Of a DNA stretch of 64,000 bases, positions 12,686-24,011 are shown in pieces. Source of the stretch: Macrostomum lignano (lineage: Eukaryota); contig NIVC01002679.1 in the NCBI GenBank assembly GCA_002269645.1, positions 1 through 64,000 on the forward strand, written 5' to 3'. Made by a program: the position numbers and the translations under genes. The first letter of the stretch is position 1; each line of letters starts with the position of its first letter. The notes beneath the pieces were generated by a model. The model saw only the letters and a list, made by a program, of their open reading frames with translations. It searched no databases and had not been told where the DNA came from.

Positions 12686-12874
12686 TCAAGACCTAGCAAA
12701 GCAAACAGCAAGCAGCACATTCCAGACAATCTCACCAACAACCAGCAGGACAATCCATACCGAGACCGCAATCAGCGCGATCTCAGCAGCCGACAGGGAC
12801 GAAGCCGTTTTGCTTTGATTTCCTGTGACAGTTGTCAAGATAAATCCTTTAAAAAGTCTCTTTTCCGAGACCAA
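12686..12874 (-). CDS. Possible short exon/ORF encoding a transmembrane helix
   Basis: IALIAVSVWIVLLVVGEIVWNVLLAVCF is hydrophobic. There is no ATG start and its link to neighbouring exons is unresolved. Confidence 0.3.
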   Translation of the reverse strand: MVSEKRLFKGFILTTVTGNQSKTASSLSAAEIALIAVSVWIVLLVVGEIVWNVLLAVCFARS

Positions 12875-13269
12875 CAGCTGACAGAGCGGTTGCTGAGCGT
12901 CGTAGCCAGTTCAAGATGAAGTCAGTCGATTGGTGGCAACTCTGTCTCATAGTATAAATCTGCCTCCCTCAACCCTCAAAGCCCAGTGAAGATGGCACCC
13001 TCAGCTATAGTGTGAATTATTAATCAGAGATGGGCTTGTTTATTTGATGCAGCGCTCCAGCTGCCGCACAGAACTGTAATACGTTTACGGTCTGGTCGTC
13101 TCTTCCCTGGCCGCACTCTGTGCATGAGTTACCCGAGGCAGTCAGCTTTCCGTGGTCAAGAATAAGTCTGAGAAACGCCCAAGTCAAGCACTAGGTGGCT
13201 GACGAGAGATGCCATTGAACTAGTCTAGCTGATACTCTCTCCTCTGTTGCCTCCAGTCGATAGAATGGA

Positions 13270-13785
<516 letters not shown>

Positions 13786-14079
13786 ACAGTAGTAATCCAG
13801 AGCCTCAGAGCAGTTGCAGCCAGTAAGCAAACATGCAATCAAGCAGCACCCATCAGACTCGACTGTAAAAGTCATTTGTTGACTCAAAGTTGCAAAGGCG
13901 AAAAGACTAGCTGCGAGATCCGTTGCAGCGCAAGACATTTGTCTCTTATTTGCAAGACAGAATTTAATTCTATCGTAAGCACAATCGAATCCCCTGACAA
14001 ATATCTCTTGGCAAATAAAACTCGTATCGGAGCTGGCCGTGGTACTGTTGGATTTGAAAAACTGTGCAAGAAAATTGCA

Positions 14080-14290
14080 TAAAGATTGTAAGGAGGTTGC
14101 AGAGAGATTTGTAGGGAAATTTCAGAGAGATTGCAGAAAGGTTGCAGAGAGATTATAGAGAGATTGTAGAGAGATTGCAGAGAGATTGCAGAGAGATCGC
14201 AGAGAGATTGCAGGGAGATCGCAGAGAGATCGCAGAGAGATTGCAGGGAGATTGCAGGGGTATTGCAGGGGGATTATAAGGGGGCTGCAG
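14080..14290. repeat. Short-period repeat (GAGAGATTGCA-like)
   Basis: Direct reading. Confidence 0.8.
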
Positions 14291-14394
14291 AAACACAAAA
14301 AAGTAATGTTTAGAAGCAATCAAAGAACATGCGTGATCGTTTCAGGTTTCAGGTCCACATCAAATGGCGCTGAGCTGGGAGTTTGCTATCGGAC

Positions 14395-14863
14395 TCAGTA
14401 TTCTGGAGGCGGCAGTGGCAGCGGCAGCAGCGCAGGCGGAGGCGTCCTCCTGTCCATGTGCACCAGCGCCGAGTATTCTGGCGGTTTGGCTGGCCGGAGG
14501 AAGACGCGAACTCGCCGCCGGCTGAGCCGCAAGCCGACAATGCCTTGCCGGGAGCAGCGAGGCACGCCATACCAGAAATCCGGGATGATGCCCAGGTTCA
14601 GTGCTACATCCGTGTACTCCTGGTAGGTCCGGTAGACGAACTGCACCTCGGCTGGCAGATCGTCGTTTTCGTCTGTAGCGCTCGCCAGAGTGAGCAGTCG
14701 ACGCCGGGAGATCGACGGCAGTAGAGCGACGCGTTTGGCAAAGGCGATGTCGCTTGCGGGACCGGCGGCGAGGCGATGAGCGACAGTCGTTGGGATGCGA
14801 ACTTCAGGCAGCAGGTTGAAGGCCATGCGGCTTAGAAAGCGGCGATGGAAAGTGCGGCCGTAC
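14395..14863 (-). CDS. MGAT1: GnT-I/MGAT1-like GT13 glycosyltransferase, exon 3
   Basis: Acceptor CCCTTCAG. VQFVYRTYQEYTDVALNLGIIPDFWYGVPRCSRQGIVGLRL matches the MGAT1 C-terminal GVPRAGYRGIV region; phase 2 fits exon 2. Confidence 0.8.
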
Positions 14864-14884
14864 CTGAAGGGCAATAGAGGCGTA

Positions 14885-15085
14885 TGCGAGTACTTGCGTA
14901 CTAGAGTACTTGTCTACTAGAGTACTTGTGTACTTGAGTATTGCGTACTTGAGTACTTGCGCACGAGACTTGAGTATTTGCGTACTTGAGTACTTGCGCA
15001 CGAGACTTGAGTACTTGCGTACGAGTGTTGAGTACTTGCGTACGAGACTTGAGTACTTGCGTACCTAAGTACTTGCGTACTTGAG
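14885..15085. repeat. Intronic AGTACTTG(C/T)GTAC-based minisatellite
   Basis: Direct reading; lies in MGAT1-like intron 2. Confidence 0.85.
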
Positions 15086-15188
15086 TATAAGATTTAGTAC
15101 CTTTTGGATGTACATATAGTTTGGAATGAGTGGCGTCGGGATGGATGGGCAGCGTCGGGATGGGTGGACAGCAGTCGCTGCAGCTCAC

Positions 15189-15499
15189 CAGCCGGCCATC
15201 AGGTTGCCCCCAGTCTGGCCCGTGTTGAAGACCCTCGGCAGCTCGGGCCGCAGGCAGACTAGGCCGGACCGCAGCATGTACCGCCGCAGGTAGCTGTCAA
15301 ACTCGCGCTCGGGCCATTGGGCTCGGGCGTCGGGCCAGGCCTCGCGGCGAATCATCCAGCCGAGGCCAGGGAAGAAGTCGGTTCGGTGGACGGCGACGGC
15401 ACCGCGGATGCCGACGTCGACGAGGCCCAGGATGGCGTTGTCGTGCCAGGCGGAGACGCAGAGTACGCTGGGATCGCGGTCTAAGACGGGGGCCAGCGA
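15189..15499 (-). CDS. MGAT1: GnT-I/MGAT1-like GT13 glycosyltransferase, exon 2 (not in the ORF track)
   Basis: SLAPVLDRDPSVLCVSAWHDN...HRTDFFPGLGWMIRREAW..EFDSYLRR..CLRPELPR matches MGAT1 CVSAWNDN / RTDFFPGLGW / CIRPEISR. The exon is 311 nt with AG/GT edges. Confidence 0.85.
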
Positions 15500-15547
15500 C
15501 TTCAGGAGAGTCCGGGTGGGTTTCGGGTGGCTTTGGATTAGGCTTGT

Positions 15548-16295
15548 GACTGTGAACTGTGTTTCAGGTAGTTGATATGTGTTTCAGGTGGCTGAACTGT
15601 GTTTCAGGTGGCTGAACTGTGTTTCAGGTAGTTGATATGTGTTTCAGGTGGCTGAACTGTGTTTCAGGTAGTTGATATGTGTTTCAGGTGGCTGAACTGT
15701 GTTTCAGGTGGCTGAACTGTGTTTCAGGTGGCTGAACTGTGTTTCAGGTGGCTGAACTGTGTTTCAGGTGGCTGAACTGTGTTTCAGGTGGCTTAACTGT
15801 GTTTCAGGTAGTTGATATGTGTTTCAGGTGGCTGAACTGTGTTTCAGGTAGTTGATATGTGTTTCAGGTGGCTGAACTGTGTTTCAGGTAGTTGATATGT
15901 GTTTCAGGTGGCTGAACTGTATTTCAGGTGGCTGAACTGTGTTTCAGGTGGCTGAACTGTGTTTCAGGTGGCTGAACTGTGTTTCAGGTGGCTGAACTGT
16001 GTTTCAGGTGGCTGAACTGTGTTTCAGGTGGCTGAACTGTGTTTCAGGTGGCTGAACTGTGTTTCAGGTGGCTTAACTGTGTTTCAGGTGGCTGAACTGT
16101 ATTTCAGGTGGCTGAACTGTGTTTCAGGTGGCTGAACTGTGTTTCAGGTGGCTTAACTGTGTTTCAGGTGGCTTAACTGTGTTTCAGGTGGCTGAACTGT
16201 GTTTCAGGTGGTTGAACTATGTTTCAGGTAGTTGACGCTGTGTTTCAGGTAGTTGAAACTGTATTTCAGATACTTGACGCTGTGTTTCAGGTAGT
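15548..16295. repeat. 20-bp minisatellite (TGTGTTTCAGGT(GGCTGAAC/AGTTGATA)), about 37 copies
   Basis: Direct reading; it fills most of MGAT1-like intron 1. Confidence 0.95.
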
Positions 16296-16372
16296 ATTTT
16301 CATTTTCAGAAGATTGATCAGGGTCATTGAGGCCCGTTCGAGTCCACATGCCAGGTGAATGCGCGCTATTAC

Positions 16373-16909
16373 CTGAAAGTAGCGAAAGAAATCGGCGGCA
16401 ATCAGCAGGTCGTCCTCCAGCACGATGACCCGATTGAACTGCCGATGGATCAGTACGTAATCCAGCGCATCCAGGTAGTGTCGGGTGATTCTCCTCACCC
16501 TGTTCTTATCGCTGCCAGTCAACCGCGCCAGACCCCGCTGCCACTCGATTTCGCCAGTCGCCGCCAGCGGCTCCAACGCCGCCGAAGTCATCGGGTCGTC
16601 CGAGTCTTGCGAGACGATGATTGGAAATTGGGCGGCGCTGGGCCGGTAGGCGGCCACCTGGCGGATGAGCAGCTGCACCTCTGGTCGGCTGGCTGCCATG
16701 ATCAGCACGGCCACGGGAGCTTCGTGTACGGGACTTGGCTGAGCAGACAACGATGCGATCGGGCTCAACCGGCTGAGCAGGCCAATCAGCAGCGGCAGCA
16801 GCCCGAGCAGCAGCAGGGTCAGCAGGCAAGCTGGCTGAAGCAAAGCGCGTCGAAGGCTTCGCACAGGAAGACAGCTGACAACTGCTGCTGCTACTGACAG
16901 CTGCGGCAT
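16373..16909 (-). CDS. MGAT1: GnT-I/MGAT1-like GT13 glycosyltransferase, exon 1 (type II membrane anchor)
   Basis: ATG at 16909, TM helix LLTLLLLGLLPLLIGLL, YRPSAAQFPIIVSQD, RHY and IVLEDDL (EDD metal motif), donor CAG|GTAAT. The spliced product is 438 aa. Confidence 0.85.
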
Positions 16910-18442
16910 CGCGTCGGAGAACAGAAAAGTCTGTGTTGTGGGAACACAAACATCTTGGAGTTTCATTAATACAAAAAGACCTGTATGCAAACAAAGACCA
17001 GGCCTGCATTCACCTGAAAACAAGGTTCAAGGTAAAGTCAGGAGCCTTAAAACCAGCATCTATCGTGCCGAGTATAACCTAGAACCCTAGCTTGCGTATC
17101 TAAAGGCCGTATTGAATACATTGGCGCTTATGGGAAAATCTGACCTTCTAGCAGAATCGTCGAATATCTCGACGATCCTGAGGGCTGGCGACTAGTTGAT
17201 TCTTGTTTGAGAAGATGCGCAACAAAATTTTATAGCCTGGTGTTCTTGAATTTCGTGTGCCTACGTCACTTCGTTCCGGCGCAGCAAATAAGTTCACCCT
17301 TGGTAGTTCTACCCTTATTGAGGCTTGAGACTTCGATCTGATTTGATCAAATGCAGTAAAATCTACGAAATTTAAGGCAAAACTTACGCGCTCCAATTTC
17401 GATTTCGACCAATTTCGACGTTCTCTAAAATCGAGCTTACTTAATTGAAGACGGCTTTGGACATAGTAAGGCGATTTTTTTTTAGCAAGTTAGCTACGCG
17501 AAAAGCACATATTCCACTTGTTGCTTTTAATCCCGGCATTAATTAAGGAGTCGGACTAAATTATTCTCAGAACCTACCCCCCCCCCGCTCCCGGTGGATC
17601 CGGTGCTTACATTTAAACACCTGTCTGATTGAACTTAATTTGCTGTTAATTGATTGGTCTGGCTGAAGGCATTGAGGAATAGAAAGAGCTTCATAAACAG
17701 ACTGACTGACTGCGATGCCGGGCCAGTTCAAGGTGAAATCCGTCTGCAGTACATTAAACGTGAAAAAAGTGAAGTACCTTGAGCGCGTACAATATTGTTT
17801 CTAATCCACTGCACAATGTTGTCCTTGTGTGGCATTTATGTCTAAGTCTAATCGATCCGTACAGAATAGATTTTGTTTTAACAGTAGAAAGACCACGGGG
17901 GTGTATTACAAATACACACGACCCATTTCACGATAGCTCACAAACCGAATTACCGATTTTCGTAAAAGTCAACCAAAAAGATCAAAATTTTCCGCCCTTT
18001 CCGACGAACTAACTTTCAAAGTAATCCCACGTTAGCATTGTCGAGATATTCAACGATTCTTGTCGAAGACATTGGTGGCAAGGACAACCAACACTACACT
18101 GTATAAACCTTTATGGTTAAACCATACATGTATGGCTCAATAATCTGGGTCCATCTGTCGTAGAGGACTTTGTTCTCAGCATCCCAGGCACCAGGGCCCC
18201 CTTCATCACCGTCTGGAGCATCGGCAGCGACCGTCGGGACCTTCAATAAAAGCACCCAATTGGCATCTCAGAGACGACGTTCCCAAAACTGAAATTCTCT
18301 GATTTCCTCTGAAATCCTCAGAAGAATCCTCTTCTGCATGCAGCATTCAGTCTGTAAACATAATCAGTGAATGAAATGGACGATGGCGACCCTCTAGGCT
18401 GACCTGTAGACATACTTTCGGGACCTCCAACGGAGTGCCACC

Positions 18443-18799
18443 ATGCGGCCCCGACGAGCTGACACCGCCAACATCGTGCTTTTTCTATTAAGGCACCAAA
18501 CCAGGCATCTCTGCGTATTATACAATGCTTTTGCACAGATGTTGCACAGATATCTCACAGAAAATGGAGCCACAGACAACGACGCCAAAGGCTTCATTTC
18601 CTGGTGCGAGCGCTACAGAAATTGCAACAGCAAGGCTGGCAGACATGATGCGTACACAATCTGGGCCCGATATCTGAAGCGATTTGGTAAGCAGAAGCAG
18701 TTCACCGACATGCAGTTTAACTTCCCAGAAGAAATCAAGCGCGACCTGCGAAGTGTTACCGGTGGAGGTTGTGGATTCAGCACCACCTGCGGTTCATGA
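18443..18799 (+). pseudogene. Protein-like ORF remnant of unknown family (possibly TE-associated)
   Basis: 118-aa ORF with natural composition; the upstream in-frame region is broken by stops. No confident homology. Confidence 0.25.
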
Positions 18800-18946
18800 G
18801 AACACCACGGCTGAACAGTTCATTCGCCTGGTCATTCGGAAGCTTCGGAGAACATGACTCAATGATTCGCTATAATTGGTTGAAGTATTGAAGTAGATGA
18901 CCTCACTGTAGCAAAGTCGCCTCTACCAAGGCGTATCATTTTTGAC

Positions 18947-19190
18947 ATGCTGTAATATCATTTTTGACATGCTGTAATATCATTTTTGACATGCTGTAAT
19001 ATCATTTTTGACATGCTGTAATATCATTTTTGACATGCTGTAATATCATTTTTGACATGCTGTAATATCATTTTTGACATATGCTGTAATATCATTTTTG
19101 ACATATGCTGTAATATCATTTTTGACATGCTGTAATATCATTTTTGACATGCTGTAATATCATTTTTGACATGCTGTAATATCGTTTTTG
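18947..19190. repeat. 22-bp minisatellite (ATCATTTTTGACATGCTGTAAT), about 11 copies
   Basis: Direct reading. Confidence 0.92.
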
Positions 19191-19465
19191 ACGTCCAGCT
19201 GCTAGTCCACAGAGCGCTAAAAAGTTGTCCGTGATTTGTCGATCTGTTTCTTTATCTTCCCACTTCTTGGTTCGAGCCAAGGCTTTGAATGCCTTAATCC
19301 AGGTTAATGCATGAAACGTGTCAGTAAGATCCAGATTGCCAAGCCGCGACGCCATTGTAGTAGTTTGAACGAAGCTGTCGGCAGCGTTTATTTAAGCATA
19401 GAAAATTATAAGTGGGAGGCTGAGAACGAAAGCTTAAGGACGTAAAGCTGGTTGCTACCATAGAC
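19190..19465 (-). mobile_element. Truncated Ty3/Gypsy-like gag N-terminus with possible PBS
   Basis: ATG-initiated MASRLGNLDLTDTFHALTWIKAFKALARTKKWEDKETDRQITDNFLALCG resembles invertebrate Gypsy gag starts. TGGTAGCA (8-nt complement of the iMet-tRNA 3' end) lies about 100 bp upstream. The LTR was not verified. Confidence 0.45.
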
Positions 19466-20578
19466 ATAACAAGGATATGATTGGGTAAAGTGCAACAACA
19501 CTAGCTCTAGCTAGCAGCCACTACCACAGTTAACACGCCCGACTCTCGCGCCACCACCTATGGTTCGCTTCCATGCGCGGCCGCATTCATTTAGGGGCTT
19601 GTGCGCAAAAATTGGCCAGGGGTAGTCGAGCGATTCACGCCTATGAGGGCCAATTTCAAGGCTGAAGAAGTACATTTGCAGAGCACACACTGAGACCCCT
19701 GCCGTCCAGATCGTGGATCCGCCGGCACTATAAGGCCCAGCAGCATCGGGCTCTAGCTGAAGGCTCCCTGGCGTTGCACCATTCTAGCCCAGCTGCTTAC
19801 GACCTACATGTACAGCTAGAAGTTGCTAAAGTGGCTGAACCAGCTAGGTCTCTATTCTTAGAATCTTGAAGTCGGGTGGAGCCTCCTAAACAAGTCGACA
19901 AACAACCGCAGTCGCGGCAGCGTACTAATAATCGTACTCCTAGCTGGGCAGCTGGAGGAACTGCCAAACTGGAACACACTGGATGGTGCTTGAACACAGT
20001 TCCGGTCTGAGCTCTCACCCTTTGTCACCGGACGCGAGAACGCCAACACGGATGGTATGGAGGACCTACTTGACCGGCTGGACTTTCACTGCCACAAATT
20101 AAGCGACTACCGAAATTCGATCACACGCTGGTCGGACTTAACGAGCGCAGCCGCGTCACTAACTGCGACACCACTGCACCACTGGGTTTCCGGTCAGACC
20201 ATGCACAGATTTCTGCTTTGCGAGTTGCTGAAAGCTGTGCTCTAATTTGTTCTGCAGGCTTGTATTGTCTGTATTTTATAAAACCTTTCAATTTGTTTCT
20301 TATCTATTGTCGATACTATGAATTTAGCGAAAGAAATAAACATAAAGCAGACAAATGACAGGCAAAAATAGATGTTGCTGCAACTGAATTCCATTCAAAT
20401 GCGACCAATCAAAATGGTCATCGCGCCTATAAATTTATTTTTAAAATTTAGCTAACATACGAGTAGAATTTACAGTCCTACTAATAGCAGTAGTATCGAG
20501 TGACACTTCATTGACCATCATACAATACTTTTACCTACAGATTTATAACTACTATATAGGCTATAAGTTATTAGTCTA

Positions 20579-21817
20579 CTATTTTCTAGGCGGTTTCCTT
20601 GGCCGTCTACCCTTGCCATAGTGAATCTTGGTATTGTCAGTTAGCGACACGATCTGCAGTCCGCCGCTTGACATGCCCTTCAGACAGGCCAGACGGAGCT
20701 GGTTCATGCCGCGGATCACCACCCGAGCGTGGCTGATGCCCAGCTTCTTAGCCTTCAGCGCGGTTGAAACGCCAACTACCTGGAAACAGAATTGTAATGA
20801 ATTCTTTGATGCTCGCAGAATTGAGTAGAAGTACTGAGATCGGCTACAGTAGTAGGGCCACCCCGGGATCGCCTGGCTCCGGCCGGTTCTTTTACTCCAC
20901 GGTTCCTTGCCCGTGGCCCCCACCCTCACCGCCGTTTCCACCACCCGGATCAACCAGTGGGTGGCTTCAAAGTCCTTCCTCCGCCATGCGCAGGGCCCTG
21001 CTTGGACTCAAACCGCAGGGAAATCATGGTGACCATGGCTGTTTAGTCAAGCATATCGAGAAAGAGGAGCACTTTATCTGGGAATGCCCCGCCTTTACTC
21101 AGGACAGGCTCACCTAGCTCGGCCCAAACCCGGACCTCTCCGACGTTTTCAGGCCCGAGAATCTCTGCCAGCTCATCCGCTACCTAAGGGCTACCGGACA
21201 AGCGACCATCCACCTCCTGGACTCTCGGGGGGGGGGACAGCGCTACGGACCGGATCTCGATGCGCGGCACCGCAGTACCAGCACTAGAAGCACTCATAAA
21301 ATGCAATAAACACTCAATATTTTTATACAAAATTCACCTGAGCAGCAACAGTCGTAGACTTCTTAGCATTATGAAAGCCTTCAATTCCCGTAGAGGTAAC
21401 AGCCAATGGGCGTCCCAAACAATCCGTGATTGTTACTATGCAATTATTGCGCCTGGCGCCAAAGTAAACAATTGGCAAAGTGTGATAGGGCACGCCAGCT
21501 GGAGTCTCCTCAGTCAGGTGGTACTCGTTCACGGGGACAATATCTCCCATTACATTGTAGGTTGGCTGGTTTAGTAGCATGTGGGTAGCCAGGGCTACAC
21601 CCTTTGGCGCTGCTGCCGATTCAGGTGTTAGAGCGGATGAACTGGATTCGTCTGAGGTCACACCGCTATCCGTGCTGCGGTCCCAATGAGTGGGATGGCT
21701 CGAACCTGCGCCGCCTCCTCCGGTGCCGCTGCTACTGAGCGATCTATTCAGCATAGAGCAGGCTGGATTGAGCAGACAGCGTCGGGCAAAGTCTGAGCAT
21801 AGTGTTCTCAAAAGCAT
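20579..21817 (-). CDS. MRPS11: Mitochondrial ribosomal protein S11 (uS11m); exons 21817-21338 and 20779-20579; 226 aa
   Basis: Arg/Ser-rich presequence, [26 protein letters not shown] | [30 protein letters not shown]. Phase-0 GT-AG intron. Confidence 0.93.
20855..21320 (+). mobile_element. Internally deleted 3' end of an R1/LOA/I-group LINE inside the MRPS11 intron (antisense)
   Basis: LPVAPTL..INQWVAS..QT then [33 protein letters not shown]...LIRYLRATG: the C-terminal zinc-knuckle region with its first Cys pair deleted, a stop codon and an AATAAA-containing tail. Confidence 0.55.
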
Positions 21818-21977
21818 TTTTGGATTGACTTTCGATTAGGGGATGCATGAAATTAGGCAGTTTAAAAGGAATTCTATTTTGCTTAAACTCTATAACGAAA
21901 TTAACGAAACATTTTGCCTCGAAAGTAATATAGAGATTAAAGTACATTGTTGGTCACAAAAAAGAATATTTAAGTCA

Positions 21978-22280
21978 ATAGATCAGTAGGATAGCTTTAC
22001 CCAGTCCATGGATAGATCAGTAGGATAGCTTTACCCAGTCCATGGATAGATCAGTAGGATAGCTTACCCAGCCCATGGATAGATCAGTAGGATAGCTTAC
22101 CCAGCCCATGGATAGATCAGTAGGATAGCTTACCCAGCCCATGGATAGATCAGTAGGATAGCTTACCCAGCCCATGGATAGATCAGTAGGATAGCTTACC
22201 CAGTCCATGGATAGATCAGTAGGATAGCTTACCCAGTCCATGGATAGATCAGTAGGATAGCTACCCAGCCCATGGATAGA
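21978..22280. repeat. 33-bp minisatellite (GATAGATCAGTAGGATAGCTTACCCAG(C/T)CCATG), about 9 copies
   Basis: Direct reading; about 160 bp upstream of the MRPS11 ATG. Confidence 0.93.
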
Positions 22281-22444
22281 TGCGGTTACAAATGTGCTAG
22301 TTAGAGAGGCCTACTGTATCAATTCAGCATATAAAGTAGCAACGCAAAGAGTCGGTTCTCACAGTTGTTGTAGATGAAGAGATTTATATTTAGTCAGCTT
22401 TCTCAAATTTAACTGCTCGCATATTGTATTGGCATGCAGATTGT

Positions 22445-22540
22445 TGCGCACAATTGCAGCAACGAGATCGGCCCAACACCCGCTCCGGTAATTTAACGGA
22501 GTTTAGGGCTTCGATAGAAGGGCGTCATATACGCAAGCCA
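22445..22540 (-). promoter_or_regulatory. Candidate SECIS element (type II-like, bulged helix II) for SELENOT
   Basis: Sense: ..TTGCGTAT ATGA C GCCC TTCTATCG AA GCCC T AAA CTCCG TTAAATTAC CGGAG C GGGT G TT GGGC CGAT.. It has the UGAC/CGAU quartet, unpaired AAA and an apical CTCCG/CGGAG stem, but an 8-nt 5' bulge. Folded by eye only. Confidence 0.5.
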
Positions 22541-22837
22541 ATAATAATTGAGGCATCGAGAATGCATTAATAACTGAAGGCGTAAGAATTATGACAAGGT
22601 CGAGGTAAGTTATTACTCGTGTTATTACACGCTAGTCGTAGTAGTGTAAGTTGTGCGATTCAAAAAATCAATTCGCCATAAGATACAAGTACATACAAGT
22701 TTAACGCATCGTATTAGGTTAAGAATTCGATTTTTTAAAGGTTAAAATACGTAGACAGGATGGAGTTACAGCAAGTTACAGCAAATCTAAATCTCCAGCC
22801 CGCCAAGCCTCTCTATAATTGTCTTGCTATAATGGGA

Positions 22838-23468
22838 CGCGGATTTTGAACCCGGGGAACTCCATTCCCCGGAATTATTTTTGCATGTATTCTAAAATCT
22901 GAGGTAAAACTCAAACAAAAACTTGTTCCCTTGTTAATAGTTAGGATAGAGTTAAACATAAAATAGTGTACATTCATGTAAAATTAGGACTTGAGGCAAA
23001 CATTGATATTGTTGGCTGGGGTGCTGCGCAGAATGTCAGGCAAACTCTGGCCTCTACGTACCTCTGCCTCTCCCTATGTCCTTTGCATCCTTTGAAACTT
23101 CCATCTTCTTTTCTGTTTCCTATCTTCTCTCTCCTCTCTTCTCTCGTCTCTTCCCTCTCCCCTCTATTCTTTTCTCTCTCTTCTCCTCTTTTCGCTCTGG
23201 TCTCTCATATTTCCTTTCTCCTGTTTTATCCTCTCTATACGGCCCTCGAGTTGTTTGAGACTTCACAATAGCAATCCGACCTGCTCAGAGTTTGTCTCTT
23301 CTCAGCTGCCTTTTCGAATCTCCTCTCTCCTATTTCATCTATTCCCTCGTCTCTCACGTCTCCTATCTCTCTTCTCTATTCCCTCTCCTCTCTCGCCCCT
23401 CCTCTAGCCCACAATCATACGCTAGGCTCTCTATCTAACCCTTGGGATAAAAAGTTTTGCGACCCCTG
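22838..23468 (+). mobile_element. Non-autonomous CT-rich element (copy 1) ending in a hAT-type TIR
   Basis: About 200-bp head (GGATTTTGAACCCGGGGAA..CTCAAACAAAAACTTG..) shared with 27410 and 30870, a CT-rich core, and a 3' end AAAAGTTTTGCGACCCCTG (reverse complement CAGGGGTCGCAAAAC, hAT-Charlie-like). Confidence 0.6.
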
Positions 23469-23775
23469 CTGTAAATAAAAATTGTCAGCCAATCAGATTC
23501 ATAGAGGTGTTTAAGGACGTTTCATCAGCTCAAAAAATTTCATACCATCGAAAACTCTCGCTAGTCAATACCGCTAGGACACAATCTAATACGAATTTGA
23601 TGATGTGAAAATTCGAGCTTTTAAATTTGGGACATGAGACAATTAATTTTAATCGGGACCAATAATAGCAAGTTAATTGAAAACTTGAAATAAAAATATA
23701 CGATGTACAATAAAATAAAACTGAATTAATACATTAGAAAGTAAAAATAATGCTTAAGCAAGCCAGTCTGGCACA

Positions 23776-23894
23776 CTAAAGCTGTGGCGGATCGGTCGCG
23801 GTGTTCACTGACATCATGTGGCTATCGATGATGCCCATCAGTTCACCGATGGACGGCACGCGGCCGTTCTGAAGCTTGGACCAAACGGACATGC
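23776..23894 (-). CDS. SELENOT: Selenoprotein T, exon 3
   Basis: Acceptor TTCTCTTCAAG; (G)MSVWSKLQNGRVPSIGELMGIIDSHM..L* matches SelT VPVWSKLESGHLPS; the phase fits exon 2. Confidence 0.9.
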
Positions 23895-24011
23895 CTTGAA
23901 GAGAACAGGGGAAGTGTAGAGTTCAGTTGGGATGAGGCGATTCCTATTCTGGCTTCTTAATACTGTCTGCATCAGGGTCCAAAAGTGAAATACTTCAGGC
24001 CTAAACGGGCA

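Noticed and set aside
23470-23775. ATGA..AAA..TGA motifs in the proximal SelT 3' UTR (e.g. ATGAAACGTCCTTAAA)
   Set aside because: Helix II cannot be paired by eye, and the spacing or apical adenosines do not fit a SECIS.
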